From a virus, in IMG/VR virus record IMGVR_UViG_3300043812_000021, positions 6,099-70,098 of that record: DNA of 64,000 bases; one strand, 5' to 3'. The position numbers and the translations under genes were made by a program. Shown one piece after another: positions 47,325 through 57,057 of the stretch (the first letter of the stretch is position 1; the number at the start of each line of letters is the position of its first letter). The notes beneath the pieces are model-generated. The model was not told the origin of the DNA. It saw nothing but the letters and a program-made list of their open reading frames with translations, and searched no databases.

Positions 47325-48787
47325 TGGAATTAGATAGCCGTCAAAAAGAAGAGCAATTATTAATAAGATCAATCCATAGTGCTCATACTGCTAAGAATGT
47401 ATTGTCACGTAATGTGGGAGTGCTAATTAAAGATCCTACTTATAAACTAATTGCTGAAACTGTAGTCCAATACTATGCAACTACAGACGAACCCTTAAGC
47501 CTAAATGCTCTTAACTTAAAAGTTGAAGAACGTCTAAAGAGACAAGCGGAGAGAAGTAACACTACTGTTCCAGACAATGTATTAAATGGTTTGTTTCAAA
47601 CTACCTCTAATCTTATTAATGCAAAAGAGGATAATAATACAGTTGTTCTTACTGAGCTGGAAAATTATGTACATACTCAATTAGGTAATCAAGCCATTAT
47701 TGAAGAAGCTACTAAAGGATCCGATCATATTTCAGAGCGAGTAGAAAAGCGAATGGCTAAGATTAATGAAATCAAGCTTACTGGAACAGATTACGAAGTT
47801 ATCGATATTTTTAAAGACCTAGCCCGTAAGGAAGCTATTTATGATGAGTTTGGTAATCGTAAGCTGTATTCTGGTCTAAAACCATTAGATGTTGTTACTG
47901 GTGGGGGATTAGAAACAGGACAAATCGCAGTTATTAATGCTCCTTCTGGACGGGGTAAAAGTAGTTTCTTATCCAATCTTACTTATTACTATTCAATGGT
48001 TGCTCACCATAATGTTTTACATATTACACTAGAAGAGTTAAATACCGATCAGATTTTACGTTTTGACCGGATTATTACTAATTCTGATATACATGATGTA
48101 TTTACTCCCGATGGTGAAATCAGAGAAGACTATAAGGAACGAGTTCATAACTACTACAGTAAAGTAAATGAAAATCAAATGGTAGGAAATGTTTATTATG
48201 CAAAGTCTACCCCATTAACATGGACGGTAGACGATGTAAGACAAGTAATTAATAAAGTAGAACGAGAAAAGCAAACTAAGATTGAAGTAGTTATCTTGGA
48301 CTATGCCGACTTACTTATTAAGAAACAGTATTCTGATAATGAAGCACAAGCGGGAGAATTGCTTTACCAAGATTTAGTTCGTTTAGCTCAAGAAACAGAT
48401 ACTTTAATCTTTACTGCTTCTCAGCTTAATCGTGGTTCAGGGATTGCTGAAATTAAGACCATGGAAAATGTGGAAGGTTCATATCGTAAGAAGAACACAA
48501 TTGCCTTCGGTGCTACTTTGAACTCAACGCCAGAAGAATATAAGAAAGGTTACATTAGACTTTATTTAGATAAGGTTCGTAATAACTTTGGTTTTGATGA
48601 TAACTTTATGTACTTACGGTATGATTTAAAGTCTATGCGTCTGCACCCCGAGTCAAAAGACGAACAGGCAGATCACTTAGCTACTTTAGATGAGTCAAAT
48701 ACAACTCATTCACGTCCTAGTAATAAAATAGATAAAAACGCAGAATTAATTCAAACAATTAATGATGCTATTAGCCCTAATAAATAA
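47324..48787 (+). CDS. DnaB-like replicative helicase
   Basis: Walker A APSGRGKS, VILDYADL, TASQLNR. Confidence 0.88.
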   Translation: MELDSRQKEEQLLIRSIHSAHTAKNVLSRNVGVLIKDPTYKLIAETVVQYYATTDEPLSLNALNLKVEERLKRQAERSNTTVPDNVLNGLFQTTSNLINAKEDNNTVVLTELENYVHTQLGNQAIIEEATKGSDHISERVEKRMAKINEIKLTGTDYEVIDIFKDLARKEAIYDEFGNRKLYSGLKPLDVVTGGGLETGQIAVINAPSGRGKSSFLSNLTYYYSMVAHHNVLHITLEELNTDQILRFDRIITNSDIHDVFTPDGEIREDYKERVHNYYSKVNENQMVGNVYYAKSTPLTWTVDDVRQVINKVEREKQTKIEVVILDYADLLIKKQYSDNEAQAGELLYQDLVRLAQETDTLIFTASQLNRGSGIAEIKTMENVEGSYRKKNTIAFGATLNSTPEEYKKGYIRLYLDKVRNNFGFDDNFMYLRYDLKSMRLHPESKDEQADHLATLDESNTTHSRPSNKIDKNAELIQTINDAISPNK

Positions 48788-48809
48788 ATAAATAAAAGGA
48801 AGTATAATA

Positions 48810-50702
48810 ATGAGGATAAAAACAATTGAAGCTCAAAATTTTCGTAGTTTTAGCCACTTTAAGCTTGAATTAAATGATCTAGGCTTAACCCTGCTTAATG
48901 GTCAAAACACCGGTATTGATAGTGAGAGGACAAATGGATCTGGAAAAAGTTCGATTATCTATGCGATGATTTATGCTCTTTATGGTGAAACTCCAGACGG
49001 TGCTAAAAGTGATGAAGTGATTAAGAATGACGTAGGTAAAGACTGTTTTGCTAAAGTAGTATTTACCCATTTTGGTCATGAATATGAGATTACTCGTTAC
49101 CGTAAGGATAAAGAATTTAAGAATAAGGTAATCATGTATCGAGACGGTAAAGACGTTACTCTATCGACTAATAAGGAAACGGATAAGGAGATTGTAGCTA
49201 CTTTAGGTTTTGGCTTTGATACTTTACTTAACTCTGTTATTTTTAGTCCTGAAAAGCTTAATACATTCATTAGTGCTACAGATAAGCACCGTAAGGAGAT
49301 TTTAGAAGAACTTACTAATACTAATATTTATAAGCAAGCGTTACAGTTGGTTAAAGAAGATAGCAAAGAATCTTCTAGCAAGCTCGTAGAGGACAAAAAA
49401 GAACTAGAACGACTAGATACATTAATGGATAGCCAAACAGCCTTACAACGTCAGTATGAGCAATCTGTGGCTATGCAAAAGCAACAGGCTGATAATCTTG
49501 AAAATCAAATTAGTTTAAGAAAAGCTAAGCTAGATTCGCTTAACTACAATCCAACAATTCATGAGTCTGTTAAAACAGAATATAACACTTATCAACAACA
49601 GGTATCAGCTTTTAACTTTACACATAGTAATGAATATGCTAATAAGCTCCAAACTGCACAGGCTCAACAAAAGAATATTGAATTACAGCAGGAAAATATT
49701 AAGAAACAGCTTACTGACTTATCTGCTCAATATAAGCAATTGCAAAACTCAGAGAATGCAGTATGTAATTGGTGTGGAAATGTATTAGATGCAGAACATA
49801 AGCAATTAGAGCTAAACAATATGAATAAGAAGGCTAATGAGCTTATGGCCTCATATAAGGCTCTATCACCCCGTTTAAGCGCTCTTAGCCAAGATGTAGA
49901 CAATTATACTAGACTTGCTAAAGAAGAACAGGAACAGGCTTCTAAGCAACAAGAGCAGTATCGTAAGCTAACTAATTCTCTTAATGTTGCTCAACGAAAA
50001 CTCAATGAGCAAGAAAATCTAGTAAATGAAATTAATCGTCTTAATAATGACATCAACCAGCTAAAAACTGAACTAGAGCAAGCACAGACACCAATTGAAA
50101 AGCCAAAGCAATTAGATACTGCTGGAATTGAAAAACAGATTAAGGAAACAGAAGTAGACCTATACAAGCAACAATCAGCCCAAGAGGATTTTGAAAAGCT
50201 TACTAAGGTTTATTCAGATCGAGGTGTTAAAGCTCAAGCCTTATCTTTAGTTATTCCGTATCTTAACGATCAATTAGAAAAGATCTTAAAAGTATTGACT
50301 AATAATACAATGACCGTAGCTCTTAATAATAAGACTACTACTAAGTCTGGTAAGGTTAATGAACAAATTAGCCTAGAAGTTGATTCCAGTGTTTCTGGTA
50401 GTAATTATCAAGATTTATCTTCTGGTGAAAAGCGCCGAATTGGGATCGCTCTTAACCTTGCTTTTATGAACTATCTTAAATCACAAATTGGTGGACTTAA
50501 TTTAGTGGTATTTGATGAGGTGTTTGATTCATTAGATAAGGCGGGGATTGATAGCGTTATTAATGTATTAAGTGACTTAAAGCAAAGCGTAGGTAATATT
50601 ATTATTGTTTCTCATAATGATGATATGAAGTTTAATGATAATATTGATAATCAATTATTAGTTAAAAAGGTTGACAACACTTCGAAACTAGTTAATAATT
50701 AA
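48810..50702 (+). CDS. SbcC/Rad50-like ATPase
   Basis: NGSGKSS, CNWC zinc hook, LSSGEK, FDEVFDSLD, VSH. Confidence 0.9.
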   Translation: MRIKTIEAQNFRSFSHFKLELNDLGLTLLNGQNTGIDSERTNGSGKSSIIYAMIYALYGETPDGAKSDEVIKNDVGKDCFAKVVFTHFGHEYEITRYRKDKEFKNKVIMYRDGKDVTLSTNKETDKEIVATLGFGFDTLLNSVIFSPEKLNTFISATDKHRKEILEELTNTNIYKQALQLVKEDSKESSSKLVEDKKELERLDTLMDSQTALQRQYEQSVAMQKQQADNLENQISLRKAKLDSLNYNPTIHESVKTEYNTYQQQVSAFNFTHSNEYANKLQTAQAQQKNIELQQENIKKQLTDLSAQYKQLQNSENAVCNWCGNVLDAEHKQLELNNMNKKANELMASYKALSPRLSALSQDVDNYTRLAKEEQEQASKQQEQYRKLTNSLNVAQRKLNEQENLVNEINRLNNDINQLKTELEQAQTPIEKPKQLDTAGIEKQIKETEVDLYKQQSAQEDFEKLTKVYSDRGVKAQALSLVIPYLNDQLEKILKVLTNNTMTVALNNKTTTKSGKVNEQISLEVDSSVSGSNYQDLSSGEKRRIGIALNLAFMNYLKSQIGGLNLVVFDEVFDSLDKAGIDSVINVLSDLKQSVGNIIIVSHNDDMKFNDNIDNQLLVKKVDNTSKLVNN

Positions 50703-50785
50703 TCTTTTAAAGGTTACTTGACCTCTTGTATCGAATGGGTTTAAAATAGACCTATACTTTGATATAAGGGGTTTTTAGTTTATTA

Positions 50786-51409
50786 ATGCTCGATTTAGTA
50801 AATACTAACGGTCTTAAAATTAAGGCTACTAAAAAAGATGGACGGATTTATATTGTTGCAAAGTGCCAATCAAGCCAAGGCAATCTTGAAGTTGCCTACA
50901 TTCCTGCTGAATATGGTATGTATTGGTATCCGTTGTCTTTTTATTTTGATTATTATTATGTATCGATGTTCCATAATATTATGTTAAAGGTCGATCCAAT
51001 TGCTCCTAAGGATATTCAAGAGCGATTTAAGGACAACCACCATTTCTTACATAATTATTATGAATATAAAAAAGATGAACTAGGTACAGATAAATCTATG
51101 TATATGTTTAACCTAGGAATTACTACTAAGCTAAAGTCAATAGGTCTAAAGACTTGGGATGGTTTCTATACTTTACAAGACGTACAAAGAAATTACTTAT
51201 TATTAAGCCAAACTTTAGACAATATTGAACAAAAGATTATTAAACGAGAACATGATGAGGGAGTTAACCCAAACGCCCTTGAGTCCAACCCAACAAAGTT
51301 TGCAACCAAAGAAGAAATGACAATGTTAAGTGATCTTGGAATGGGATTTAGAATGAATCAATATATGCGAAAAGTTGCTAAAATTATATATGAGGATAAC
51401 GTAAGATAG
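50786..51409 (+). CDS. Conserved protein between SbcC and primase
   Basis: 207 aa; synteny with K/A511. Confidence 0.55.
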   Translation: MLDLVNTNGLKIKATKKDGRIYIVAKCQSSQGNLEVAYIPAEYGMYWYPLSFYFDYYYVSMFHNIMLKVDPIAPKDIQERFKDNHHFLHNYYEYKKDELGTDKSMYMFNLGITTKLKSIGLKTWDGFYTLQDVQRNYLLLSQTLDNIEQKIIKREHDEGVNPNALESNPTKFATKEEMTMLSDLGMGFRMNQYMRKVAKIIYEDNVR

Positions 51410-51417
51410 GTGAAATT

Positions 51418-52461
51418 ATGACTCGGGAACAACAAATTATTGTTAACTGTGTTAATGAGGATTACCAAGAAACTGCAACTGGTGAAGTTCATTTAGATTG
51501 TCCTTTTTGTGGAGAGCATGATAAAAAACTCTATATTTCTCCTAAAGGGCAATTTATCTGTTTTAAGTGCGAGTCTCGTGGTAACAGCCCAATTAGCTTT
51601 TTTATGCAGTATTATGATGTTTCCTATAAAGAAGCTAGTGATATGTTAAAAGATGAAGACTTTGCTAGTCCTAAAGTAGAGCCAGTTGATAATGAAACGC
51701 TTTTAAGTCGCTTAGTTGCTCTTAACACTAAAGTAGAAAAGCAAAAACAAGCAGGAAAAAAGTGTCCTCCCTTTCCTACTAATACTAAGCTATTAAGGGA
51801 TAATCTTAATAATCCCGAGTCTTATCCCTATTTATGGTATCTTAAAAATCGTGGAATTACACTACAACAAATATATAAATATAATCTAGGCTATCTTACC
51901 TCTGGTACTATCAAAACCCAAGATAAGGATATGACTATTAGTAATAGTATTATCTTCCCAACTTATGGTCTTAATAATGATGTTATTTATTGGAGTACTA
52001 GAAGTATTGAACCTAATCCATTTATTAAATCTTTTAATGCACTGGCTAAGGACAATGAATACTCTAGGAAAGATGTTGTTTTTAACCTTAATCATGTAAA
52101 AGACAAAATGGTTATCTGCGAAGGTATTTTTAATGCAATTAGTTCGACTGTAGCGGATTATGTAGGGGTTGCTACTTTAGGTAAGGCAATTACAGATGAT
52201 CAGATTAATCTCATGCTTAAAGCTAACCCTAAGTACTTTTATGTATTTTTAGATAATGACGCTATGAAAGAAGAAATTAAGTTAATAGATCGACTAAAGC
52301 AAAGAATTAGCCTAGACCGGATATATTTAGTTGTAAATCCCTATAAAGATAAAGATGCTAATGATTTAGGTAGTACAATAGTTAAAGAATTGTTAGACAA
52401 GGCTCAACCTGTTAATCTACAATCATTACTGTATCTAGTAAGAGGTGAGAAAAGAAAATGA
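51418..52461 (+). CDS. DNA primase
   Basis: CPFC...CFKC zinc finger; TOPRIM ICEGIFNA and FLDNDA. Confidence 0.9.
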   Translation: MTREQQIIVNCVNEDYQETATGEVHLDCPFCGEHDKKLYISPKGQFICFKCESRGNSPISFFMQYYDVSYKEASDMLKDEDFASPKVEPVDNETLLSRLVALNTKVEKQKQAGKKCPPFPTNTKLLRDNLNNPESYPYLWYLKNRGITLQQIYKYNLGYLTSGTIKTQDKDMTISNSIIFPTYGLNNDVIYWSTRSIEPNPFIKSFNALAKDNEYSRKDVVFNLNHVKDKMVICEGIFNAISSTVADYVGVATLGKAITDDQINLMLKANPKYFYVFLDNDAMKEEIKLIDRLKQRISLDRIYLVVNPYKDKDANDLGSTIVKELLDKAQPVNLQSLLYLVRGEKRK

Positions 52462-52808
52462 AAAGAGACTTACCAGATGTAAGAAATTTAAGCACTTTAA
52501 GCTTTCAAGATTATATCCGGTTAATGGAATTAGTTAAACAAGATGGTAAGCTACCAACAGAAACGGTTACTCAGCATAATAATGACCCTGTTTCCTATAA
52601 GGAAGCCTATGAAGCATTAAAAGATTTAGCTAATAAAGTAACGGGTGAAGCCCAGCAAGCTAATAACTATACTGCGGACTTGTTTTCTAGTCTAGCTACC
52701 CTATTAGTTAAAAAACATATTATTAGTGAAAAAGAATTAAATGAAGTAAGCAGAATTGCTCAACAGATTTGGGAGGAAGAAAATAATGGTAAAATCAGCT
52801 CTAAGTAA
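52458..52808 (+). CDS. Hypothetical protein
   Basis: 116 aa, ATGA overlap. Confidence 0.6.
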   Translation: MKRDLPDVRNLSTLSFQDYIRLMELVKQDGKLPTETVTQHNNDPVSYKEAYEALKDLANKVTGEAQQANNYTADLFSSLATLLVKKHIISEKELNEVSRIAQQIWEEENNGKISSK

Positions 52809-53166
52809 AGTACAAATTTTAAATGCAATTAAGGTTCATAAACAACTACCAATGCCAATGACTAAGTTAGAACAGACTAGCGCTGAAACCTTGCTCAAGA
52901 AGCGCTTAACAATGGAAGAAGTATTAGATGTAATTGATCTTGTTAATTCACCACTTAGTCAACAATTATCTGCAATTAATCAACGGGCTAGTTTAACTGC
53001 AATTGCGTTAGATAAGTCAATGCAAAAGAATGGCTTAGATGAAAAGACAATTGATAAGATCTGGGCGGATGCTCATAAGGAATTGGATAAGGCTAACCGT
53101 AAAGCTAGTGAAAAGATGCAGGAATCATTCAAGCAACAAGTAGCAGACTTAAAGGAAGGTAAGTAA
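52786..53166 (+). CDS. Hypothetical protein
   Basis: Likely ATG 52786 after GGAGG. Confidence 0.6.
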   Translation: MVKSALSKVQILNAIKVHKQLPMPMTKLEQTSAETLLKKRLTMEEVLDVIDLVNSPLSQQLSAINQRASLTAIALDKSMQKNGLDEKTIDKIWADAHKELDKANRKASEKMQESFKQQVADLKEGK

Positions 53167-53855
53167 TGAGTGTAGCAGACCTTAAAAAGGCTTTAGGTGA
53201 AGTTGGCTTTACTCAATTAAAGAAAGCTGTTAATACTGGGAACGTAACTGTATATACGGTAAAGACTTTAAATAAAGAGTTTGGCTTAGCTCCTTTAGCT
53301 GGAATTTCAGAAAGTGACGTAGCAGATAATCAAGCTGAATTAGTTAACGTTTTTGAAGAATCTTTTGTTAATATTCAAGATCAGAAGATTAGTGTTGTTA
53401 TGTATGATAAGGAATTAAATTCAGCCCTATTTAAGAGTGTTGTTCGATCTTTTGTATTAGGTCTTGAGGGACTAGAAAGTGTAAGCAATAACTTAAAAGA
53501 TGAAATTGATTATGACTCTTACATGGCTAAATTAGTAAAAGAGGACAAATTAGGTATTTTAGTTGTTAAAGACGAAGACGAGGATCATCTTTATATGTTT
53601 AAGAAAGAACCAGCTTTAATTAAATTAAAGGTTATTAAGCAATTAAGAGACCTAGCAGAGTCCGAAGATATTGATACTAATAAGGATAAGCAAGACCAAT
53701 TTATGAAGTTAAATAAACTAGCTAAAAAGTCCTATAAGGAAAACAAGACTTACATTAGTCATCTTGACCCACTTATTACTCAGCGGGCAATCTATGATCC
53801 AGACGTAAGAGAAAAAGTCAAGCTATTTAATAACTTAAAAATGATGTATGATTAA
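53166..53855 (+). CDS. Hypothetical protein
   Basis: 229 aa, coupled start. Confidence 0.6.
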   Translation: MSVADLKKALGEVGFTQLKKAVNTGNVTVYTVKTLNKEFGLAPLAGISESDVADNQAELVNVFEESFVNIQDQKISVVMYDKELNSALFKSVVRSFVLGLEGLESVSNNLKDEIDYDSYMAKLVKEDKLGILVVKDEDEDHLYMFKKEPALIKLKVIKQLRDLAESEDIDTNKDKQDQFMKLNKLAKKSYKENKTYISHLDPLITQRAIYDPDVREKVKLFNNLKMMYD

Positions 53856-53932
53856 TGTTATTAGGCTAACAATTATGTTAGTCTTTTTTATTAATAAACA
53901 AAACTATATTATAATAAACAAGGTGATAATAA

Positions 53933-54580
53933 ATGGACGGGTCGGGAAGGCAATCTAAAGGCAAGAATTTTGAAAGAAAGATAGCCAAGGAGTTTTCATT
54001 ACACTATAAGACTAATGTAAGCCGTACTGCTTATTCTGGGGCGACAAGAGGAATTGAAACTCAGTACAATCATTCTGATCAAACAGGTAATATGGGATTT
54101 GTTGGTGATTTATTCTTTCCGGCAGATCACCCAATGAGTATCTTTAATTATGAACTAAAGAATCATGACTCTGTTAAGTTTACTCAATTCTTTAATTCTA
54201 ATGGTGAAATTCCTAGTTTTATGGAACAGGTAACTACAGACTCTAGCAGATTAGGTGGGGTTGGTCATACAGTACCATGTTTAATTATTCATATTAAGCG
54301 AGAAAATAACTATGCTCTATTTCCTTTCAAAGCAAGCGTATATCAAGTTTTAGCTAAAGACCATGATAATGTATTGGCTACAATGATTAGCTATACACAA
54401 GAGCGTACAGAGACCGTTAATCGGTATAATATGATTGTTACCACTTTAGATAACTTTATGAGCCTAGACCCAGATTTTATGTATCAACAATATAAAAGTT
54501 TTAACTGGGATAGCCTAAATACTCATGAGGTAAAGCATAAAGAAGTGGACTTAAATAAATTAATTGACGAGGTTAATTAA
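53933..54580 (+). CDS. Holliday junction resolvase (PD-(D/E)xK)
   Basis: KGKNFERKIAKEF...RTAYSGA...GDL...ELKNH. Confidence 0.8.
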   Translation: MDGSGRQSKGKNFERKIAKEFSLHYKTNVSRTAYSGATRGIETQYNHSDQTGNMGFVGDLFFPADHPMSIFNYELKNHDSVKFTQFFNSNGEIPSFMEQVTTDSSRLGGVGHTVPCLIIHIKRENNYALFPFKASVYQVLAKDHDNVLATMISYTQERTETVNRYNMIVTTLDNFMSLDPDFMYQQYKSFNWDSLNTHEVKHKEVDLNKLIDEVN

Positions 54581-55193
54581 ATTGCGTTTACAAAAACAAT
54601 TAAATATTGACAATACTTTTCGAGTATTAAACCTAAATTTTTATGATAAGAAACGTGACTATGTAAGAGTTAATGCTAAAAATAGAGAAAAAGTTCTAGC
54701 TTGTCTAAATGACAATCAAGAACATTATTACGTAATTGATGGTACAAGTGACGACTTATTACTTAACCATAAAGTATATAAGAGTCAAGACCATATCATT
54801 TATGCTACTAATGACTTAATTCCAATGAGCGTCTTTTTAGCTATTGGATCTAATCGAAAAGTTATTTATATGTATCGACTTCATAACTTTAGCCAAGCAG
54901 AATTAGATAATATGAACACTGCTTCTGAGGTTGGGACTACCGCTATTTATGTACCAAACATTACAGAAGATACAAGGATTACTCCTTTGCTATTTGATAT
55001 AGAAGATGCTAGATTTATTGCAGATCGGGTTTATCTTGAATTTAACGATGACGCTACCCAAGACTTAAAAGAGGCTTATTTTGATACTCTACATGAAATT
55101 CTAGCCCGCTGGACTATTCAGCTATATCTTAGCTACTCTAGTGAAGCAGAACACCAAAAACTAAGTAAGTATTTAATTAAGAAATATAAATAG
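54564..55193 (+). CDS. Conserved protein upstream of HU-like gene
   Basis: About 200 aa, start uncertain; synteny with K-like phages. Confidence 0.5.
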   Translation: MTRLIKLRLQKQLNIDNTFRVLNLNFYDKKRDYVRVNAKNREKVLACLNDNQEHYYVIDGTSDDLLLNHKVYKSQDHIIYATNDLIPMSVFLAIGSNRKVIYMYRLHNFSQAELDNMNTASEVGTTAIYVPNITEDTRITPLLFDIEDARFIADRVYLEFNDDATQDLKEAYFDTLHEILARWTIQLYLSYSSEAEHQKLSKYLIKKYK

Positions 55194-55238
55194 ACCTTAT
55201 ATCATTCGTTGTCTAATATGTTATAAGGACGAACTAAA

Positions 55239-55553
55239 ATGAAAAAAGACGTGGAAACACTTAATACAACAGATTTAGCTAGGCTAATTAAATTCAGAGA
55301 TCCTAGCTTAAAATTAAAAGACATACAAAAGGTATTAAATCTTCAATCAGAAGTAATTGCCTATGGTTTAGACACAGAACAACGAATTAAAATTGGTAAG
55401 TTGTTTATTATTGAGCCTACCATTCGCCCTAGTCATAAGCACTACCGAGGAATGGGTAAAGGTTCTAAGTATGTAACAGTACCAAAAAGACTTCGGTTTA
55501 AGTTTAAAGCTCTTAAGCAATTAAAAGAAATAGAAGATAGCCACCAATACTAG
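55239..55553 (+). CDS. HU/IHF-like DNA-binding protein
   Basis: IKIGKLFIIEP..RP...VTVPKRLRFKFKA pattern, basic, 104 aa. Confidence 0.7.
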   Translation: MKKDVETLNTTDLARLIKFRDPSLKLKDIQKVLNLQSEVIAYGLDTEQRIKIGKLFIIEPTIRPSHKHYRGMGKGSKYVTVPKRLRFKFKALKQLKEIEDSHQY

Positions 55554-55583
55554 ACGGGTTAATTTAGCCTGTCTTTTTTTTTT
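55551..55583 (+). terminator. Rho-independent terminator
   Basis: AGACGGGTT-aattt-AGCCTGTCT plus long T-run. Confidence 0.75.
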
Positions 55584-55626
55584 ATTTTCCTATTGCAATC
55601 CTTACACTTTTAGTTCATAATAAGAG

Positions 55627-55977
55627 GTGCGCAAGATTAGATGCGCAGAAATGCGTAAACCTTTGGGCAGAAAGGAAGACAGGCACATGAATGAGTGCGC
55701 AGTAATGCAAGAATTCAAGATTGCTCAATCTAAATTAGATAAAGTAATGGAATGGGTTAAAGCACAAACTGCCCCTATTCCATATGGTGAAAAGAACAAC
55801 CCTAAGAAAGTTAAGGTAACGTTTCAAGGACAAGACTTCTATTATCCTAGTATTCGAGAAACTGCTCGTTATATTAACGTTCCAGAATCTAGCATTCGTT
55901 ATGCTTTAAGTAAACAGAATACTTATTATCGTAATGGTTGCTTAATTAGCTATGCGGATGAAGGAGAGGAAGTGTAA
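55627..55977 (+). CDS. Small protein with NUMOD1-like HTH
   Basis: YYPSIRETARYINVPESSIRYAL; start may be ATG 55688. Confidence 0.55.
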   Translation: MRKIRCAEMRKPLGRKEDRHMNECAVMQEFKIAQSKLDKVMEWVKAQTAPIPYGEKNNPKKVKVTFQGQDFYYPSIRETARYINVPESSIRYALSKQNTYYRNGCLISYADEGEEV

Positions 55978-55979
55978 AT

Positions 55980-56471
55980 ATGACAGCGGATATTATCAAG
56001 GATGCCCTGCGTCCTCTACAATATGTAGACATGAATGGGGAACTTAAAACTTTAGTACCAGAACAAATTCTTAATTTTGATACTAATAAATTAGTTGAAG
56101 AAATGCAAAACAACCCCAATACCTATTACTTAGTGGCTAGACTTGCAGAGCGTAAACGATTAGAGGCTAAAGACTTAGATACACAATTAGATGCTCTAAA
56201 GGGAACTCTATATATCCAATACGTGCAAGACGAAAACTTAAAAAAGTTTAATGGTGGACGTAAACCACCCGAGTCTATGCTTGCTACGGCAATTCAATCT
56301 GATCCTAAATACGTTGAATTGAGTAAGCAACGGAATCTAGCTGACTATCAATTTAGATGTCTTAACTGGTTAACCAAGGCAATTGAAAATAAAGCTGATA
56401 TGATGCAAAGCATTAGTGCTAACCAACGACAACAGCAAAAAATGATCCCACAAGGAGGATTTAATGGCTAA
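55980..56471 (+). CDS. Recombination-mediator (UvsY-like) protein
   Basis: Helical; AIENKADMMQSISANQR end and position upstream of SSB/RecA. Confidence 0.5.
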   Translation: MTADIIKDALRPLQYVDMNGELKTLVPEQILNFDTNKLVEEMQNNPNTYYLVARLAERKRLEAKDLDTQLDALKGTLYIQYVQDENLKKFNGGRKPPESMLATAIQSDPKYVELSKQRNLADYQFRCLNWLTKAIENKADMMQSISANQRQQQKMIPQGGFNG

Positions 56472-57021
56472 TAATTTTGAAACTAAAGTAAAAGATATTT
56501 GTAATAATATCTATAATTTAACCCTAGATTTAAAAGACTCTGAACAGTTAGTGCTTAATCGTCATGTAGGAAATGTTGATAATCTAGTTGCTAAGTTAAT
56601 AAGTGAAGAAGGTAAAACCCTAGTGCGAGATCTTCAACAAGATACTTTTAAAGAATATCAACAGGTTGAAATGATTAAAGATTATTGTTCCCGAGGCTTT
56701 ATTTATGCCCTAGCTTACAAAGGAATTTTACCAGATAGTGATAACTCCACCTTTGTAAAGGCTTTAAGCGCTATTACTACTGCTACTAAAAAGTTACTAA
56801 TTAAGAAGAACCATGATTATGGTTCTAGCTATCAAAAGGTGGCAGATATTCTAGGTGCTATTCCAGCGTTTTCAGTGCGAATTTTAGACAAGTGTAATCG
56901 ACTAGATAATCTAATTAATAGTAACAAAACAGTCAAAGTAAAAGATGAATCACTCGCAGATACTATACAAGACTTGTTAGGCTACTATGTATTGTTTATA
57001 ATTAGTATTGAAAATAAATAA
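56464..57021 (+). CDS. DUF1599-like (nucleotide-modification-associated) protein
   Basis: KKNHDYGSS...RILDKCNRL...ESLADTIQDLLGY. Confidence 0.65.
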   Translation: MANNFETKVKDICNNIYNLTLDLKDSEQLVLNRHVGNVDNLVAKLISEEGKTLVRDLQQDTFKEYQQVEMIKDYCSRGFIYALAYKGILPDSDNSTFVKALSAITTATKKLLIKKNHDYGSSYQKVADILGAIPAFSVRILDKCNRLDNLINSNKTVKVKDESLADTIQDLLGYYVLFIISIENK

Positions 57022-57057
57022 CAGGTAATATCTTGTATTAGAAACAGGGAGTGGATT

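Noticed and set aside
48779-48797. (TAAA)n run
   Set aside because: Simple slippage in an AT-rich spacer.
54714-54730. Minus-strand match to the putative guide (TAATAATGTTC exact, 15 of first 17 nt) near a TTAC
   Set aside because: An AT-rich 11-mer is plausible by chance in 128 kb of both strands, and the guide boundary and TAM are unknown; retest only if the TAM is determined.
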